Source: Diplonema japonicum
Taxonomy: Eukaryota; Protista; Euglenozoa: Diplonemea
NCBI GenBank assembly: GCA_964019335.1
Contig: OZ025692.1
Coordinates: 434,001-498,000 of the forward strand
Reading direction: 5' to 3'
DNA length: 64,000 bases
Shown here: positions 60,404 through 64,000 of the stretch, in pieces
Position numbering within the stretch: position 1 is the stretch's first letter
Layout: each line of letters starts with the position of its first letter
Notes under the pieces: generated by a model
The model's input: only the letters and a program-made list of their open reading frames with translations
Told to the model about the DNA's origin: nothing
The model's database searches: none
Made by a program: the position numbers and the translations under genes

Positions 60404-61220
60404 GGATCTTTTTTTTTCTTCTTTTGCTTGAGGGGTCTAATTTTCTGCTTTACTTTAAAAAGAAAATGCAAGGATCCCGCCGGATGACTTTATAACGCAC
60501 GCACCCGAGCATCTTGTGAACCCTTATTTATATTTTTATTTTTCTCAGAAGGTTTTTTTTTTCCCCCGGATATTGTAATTCTGATCCGTGGTAAAGTGAG
60601 TGAATGGAAAAAAATGGCAAAAAAAAAGGGGTGTAGAAAAAAAAAAAAAGGAAAGACATGAGTTGGGGGGGATGCTGATGCAACTGGCAGCATCATAATA
60701 ATAATAAAACAAAAATAAAAAAAAGTATCCCTTCAGTTTCTTTTCGAAGCCAGCACCTCCTCAAAAGGGAAATATTTCCACTGGAAGGGTCCCTAAGGAA
60801 AGGTAAGGCATCACCTTAGAAATCCGAAGCGTAAAAAAAAAAAAAAAAGAAAGAAAGAAAATCATAAATAAAAAAAAGAGTGCGTGCATAGCATCTATTT
60901 GTGCACACAGCACGGTAGGGGGTGTGTGCTGCATGCCACCACTACTCTTTTAATTCTCACAGGAAACTGAGCCTTACTTGTCGGGAAAGAAGAAAAAAAA
61001 GAGATTTTTGTTACATTCTTTGTACACCCTCTTTTTTTTTTTTTTTTTTCTTTTTTTTTTTTTTTGTTTCACATCCCGCACTCCCCCTCATGAGGCCTTC
61101 GCTTACATCACTTAAAACGAAACGATTCGACCTCAGGGGGGCAGGTCACGAATAATATAAAAAATAGAGAGAAAAAAAAAATAGGTGCATCTCGCACCTT
61201 GGCGGGCCTCATAGGGACTA

Positions 61221-62089
61221 TCATGCCAAGTCACCTTCTTGCACCGCTTCCCACAAGCTCTCCCATTTCATGTACTCGACATGCCCGTCCTCTGTCGGCT
61301 GCCCTCTACCGTTGGGCGATGCTGCTTGAGTGGCCACCGCTGCCTGTTTTGTGTTTGGTTGATGTGTGTGTTAAGCATACTATCTCTGTGATCTCCTCCA
61401 CAGAGAGGGCGTCACCGCATAGTTCCTTCAACACTTCTTCGAACTGATGCCTTGTGACGCACCCTGTCCTGTGGTGTGGTGTGGTTTTAAAAAAGATTTC
61501 TTTTTTTTCTTGCATACTTTTTCTTATCGTATTTTCTGAATGCGCCCTGCACCTCGTCGCCTGCGGACTCTTGCGACCCGAAGTTTGACATCATGAGCAG
61601 CAGGAACTCCTCGAACTCAATCTCGCCGCTCCCGTCGTCGTCCACCTCTCTTATCATCGCCTCGATCTCCTCCTTGCTCAGGTCCTGCCCGAAGGATGAG
61701 AACACGTTCCCTAGCTCCTGCATGTCAATGGAGCCTGACCCGTCCGTGTCGAAGGTGTTGAAGCACTCCTGCAGTGCTTGGATCTGGTCGTTCGACAGGG
61801 GGCGCATCCCTTGCGATTTGATCTTTGCCTTTAACATTGAGAACTGGTCCTTCCCGTCCACTTCCACACTCCTCAGCCAGTCCACAAATTCTGCCAGATC
61901 CAGCTCCATATCCTCTGTGTTCCCTGCCGCCACAATGCTCTCCCTCAGCGCCTCGTCCGACATCTCAATGTTCATCTTCCTCGCAAGCATCTTGAACTCC
62001 ATGAAGTCGATCTTACCACTGTTATCCGTGTCGAACTGGCGGAACATCACCTCGATCCCCTTCATCTGATCATTTGTGAAGTTCTCCAT
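61221..62089 (-). CDS. Calmodulin-like protein with six EF-hand-type motifs, ~260 aa; exons 62089-61518, 61468-61381, 61343-61221
   Basis: Canonical loops DTDNSGKIDFME, DTDGSGSIDMQE and DDDGSGEIEFEE; degenerate loops NTEDMELDLAE, DKKKTGCVTRHQ and EDGHVEY; two introns restore the frame. Confidence 0.88.
61344..61380 (-). other. Predicted 37-nt AC-rich intron
   Basis: ATA|GTATGC...CAAAACAG|GCA, phase 0. Confidence 0.8.
61469..61517 (-). other. Predicted 49-nt intron
   Basis: AA|GTATGC...CACCACAG|G, phase 2, rebuilds the EF loop YDKKKTG. Confidence 0.85.
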
Positions 62090-62224
62090 TCTTTTTTTTT
62101 TTTGTTTCCTGTATTATACTTTTTTTTTTCCTCTCCCTTCTCTATTCTTGATATAGAAAAACATGGGCATGGGTGGTGCCGCTTTTTTTTTTTTTTTTTT
62201 TTTTTCTTTTTCTTTTTGCTTGCT

Positions 62225-62263
<39 letters not shown>

Positions 62264-62387
62264 ACGAAACAACATAACTATCGAGTAACTACTTTCGCCA
62301 AGAAGTCTTCTTGGGAATGGCCAAGGCGTAGGTGGCAGCATGTCTAATAATCTATCAGCACGCACTGCTATGAGTTGCTATGGGTTG

Positions 62388-64000
62388 CTATGGGTCGCTC
62401 TCTTCGCCGCTGTACTGCAAATCATCATCTTCATGTTCACGCTTCTTGGGCTCTCTGATTGTCCCTGTCGGCTGGCTCTCCTCCACGCTGTCACTATGCG
62501 ACATGCCCCCCTCACAGCAGGGTTCCGTCTGCATCCCTGTGCTGACTGTGCTGACAGTGCTGATACGATGCATCAAGGGCACCTTGTGGCAGTGCAGCGG
62601 CGAGAGAGGCATTGCTGATGAAGGCGATGGTGTAGTGCCAGCAAGCTGTCTCATAAAAGCACGTCTCCCAGAAGGAGACATGGGTGGGGAAAAGCTTTCC
62701 GAAGTGTCACTCGGAGACATGTTGGAATCGAAGACAAAGGAGTCTGTCTGTGGTATGGACAGGGCGTCAAGAAGGTCGTCCTCCCGTGTCCTGGGTCCTG
62801 AGGAGGTACCAGGCTTTCGCGAAAAGCGGTGCTTATCCGGAGCGGGGGGCAGCTCGAAGACCTTCATCGGCATTCTGTGAACATTTCTTGCTTCCCGTGG
62901 GAAAGCAGGCCTTGCCCTAGGGCTGGCCCACCGCAGGTTCATCTCAGGAGACGATGGCGCAGTGGACAAGGGGCTTGGCGCCACATGCAAGTTGAGCGGC
63001 GACGAAAAACCCATGACACCTGCCACCAAAGGGGCGTCGAAGGGCGGCTGCGCTGGGGCTTTGGCTGGTGTCCATTTAGAAGATGTTGTTATCAACGAGG
63101 AGGCGGCGGATCCTTCAAGACCTGTGTGTGTGTTCTAGTGTGTGGTGACGTTACCTTGTCTCCCGTCACACCTCAGTGTTTCAACCTGGCACCGCGCATC
63201 GATCAGCTCGTTTTCGAGCTCCTGCTTCTCGTCCACAACTTCGTTCAACGTGTACTTCAAATTCCCCACCTCCTCCTGCAGCCGTATGATAGTGCTCTCC
63301 AGTGGTTCGCTCTGCTCGTCAGTTCCTTCATCGGATTCCTTCCATGCAGCAATGACTTCCTTTATATTGCTTGTGCTTGGGGGCCCCTTCGCTCCTGTTG
63401 AGGTGACCACCAAGCCCTCTTGCCTCTCGGCTTCCTCTTCCCACTTTGTTACAAGGTGTTCTGCCCTCTGCGAGTGCTTTGTGCCATGTAACATCTCTTG
63501 AATTAGTTGCAGTTTCAGGTTAGCATTTGTGCCCCAGAGCGCAACTATCGTGTCGCCTAGCGCCACCGCCGATTCTTTGCTTCGCGCCATCTGCTCGCGC
63601 AGAACTTTGATGTCCGCTTCCAGCACTGCGATGTGCCCCTTGCTGATCTCCGCCAGCATCTCCTGGGGGTCATGTCCCATGCTCCGCTCGAGTTCCTCGG
63701 ACACGGCGTCGCTCCTGTCGGTCGGGTAGTTCACCGACTCTTTTTCTTCTTTGTCTTCGTTGCTGTCCAGCTGCCGCCTCAGTTCGTCCACCTGCTCCTT
63801 TAGCGTCTCTATCGTGGCCCTGTCGTCAAGGTTCTGCTCCTGCGAAACGGTGAGCATCTTCTCGAGGTCGGCGCTCTTGTCGTGAAGGACTTTGACTTCT
63901 ATGCTGCGCTCTTCCTGGTCTTCTGTCTGCACGGCCATCTGCTTCAGTGCCTCCGACGGCCTTTTCAAAAGGAATGAAGAACTTGTCGTGAGCTTCGCTT
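62388..64000 (-). CDS. 3' part of a coiled-coil protein with a disordered S/P-rich tail (5' end beyond the window); exons >64000-63155 and 63121-62388
   Basis: Frame is open to the window edge; heptad-rich; a 33-nt intron (63122-63154, G|GTAACG...ACACACAG|GT) joins the two ORFs in frame. Confidence 0.75.

Noticed and set aside
952-63729. Many plus-strand ORFs overlapping genes (e.g. 18299-19249, 20159-21286, 22610-23602, 29404-30417)
   Set aside because: They are antisense shadows of GC-rich minus-strand CDSs and carry no independent motifs.

Overview
Eukaryotic (protist) genomic DNA. All ~17 credible protein genes lie on the minus strand in one unidirectional array, separated by homopolymer-rich spacers. 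Pyrimidine-tract/AG/A-rich-leader signals precede several start codons, which fits a trans-splicing euglenozoan, possibly a diplonemid (inference). Genes: sphingosine-1-phosphate lyase, lipase maturation factor, a ~6450-aa single-pass receptor/adhesin (Cys-rich modules, 16 Calx-beta-like repeats, one fibronectin type II insert, ~65 EGF-like repeats, SEA-like domains), a large coiled-coil protein with a CAP350/TRM-like C-terminus, a CaaX cytochrome b5, a bacterial-type amidase, a syntaxin, a two-RRM protein, a BRE-like protein, a polycystin-2 channel, a PQ-repeat protein, proteasome RPT3, a mitochondrial carrier, a six-EF-hand protein and hypotheticals. I reconstructed 13 GT-AG introns by hand. 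Most are tiny (32-49 nt), mostly A- or AC-rich with no polypyrimidine tract, mostly phase 0, and concentrated near gene 3' ends. Non-coding DNA holds two abutting TA-flanked MITE/foldback elements and a family of asymmetric-inverted-repeat elements (two tandem copies plus one dispersed end). A 200-N assembly gap lies at 41134-41333. No tRNA, rRNA or CRISPR feature was recognised.
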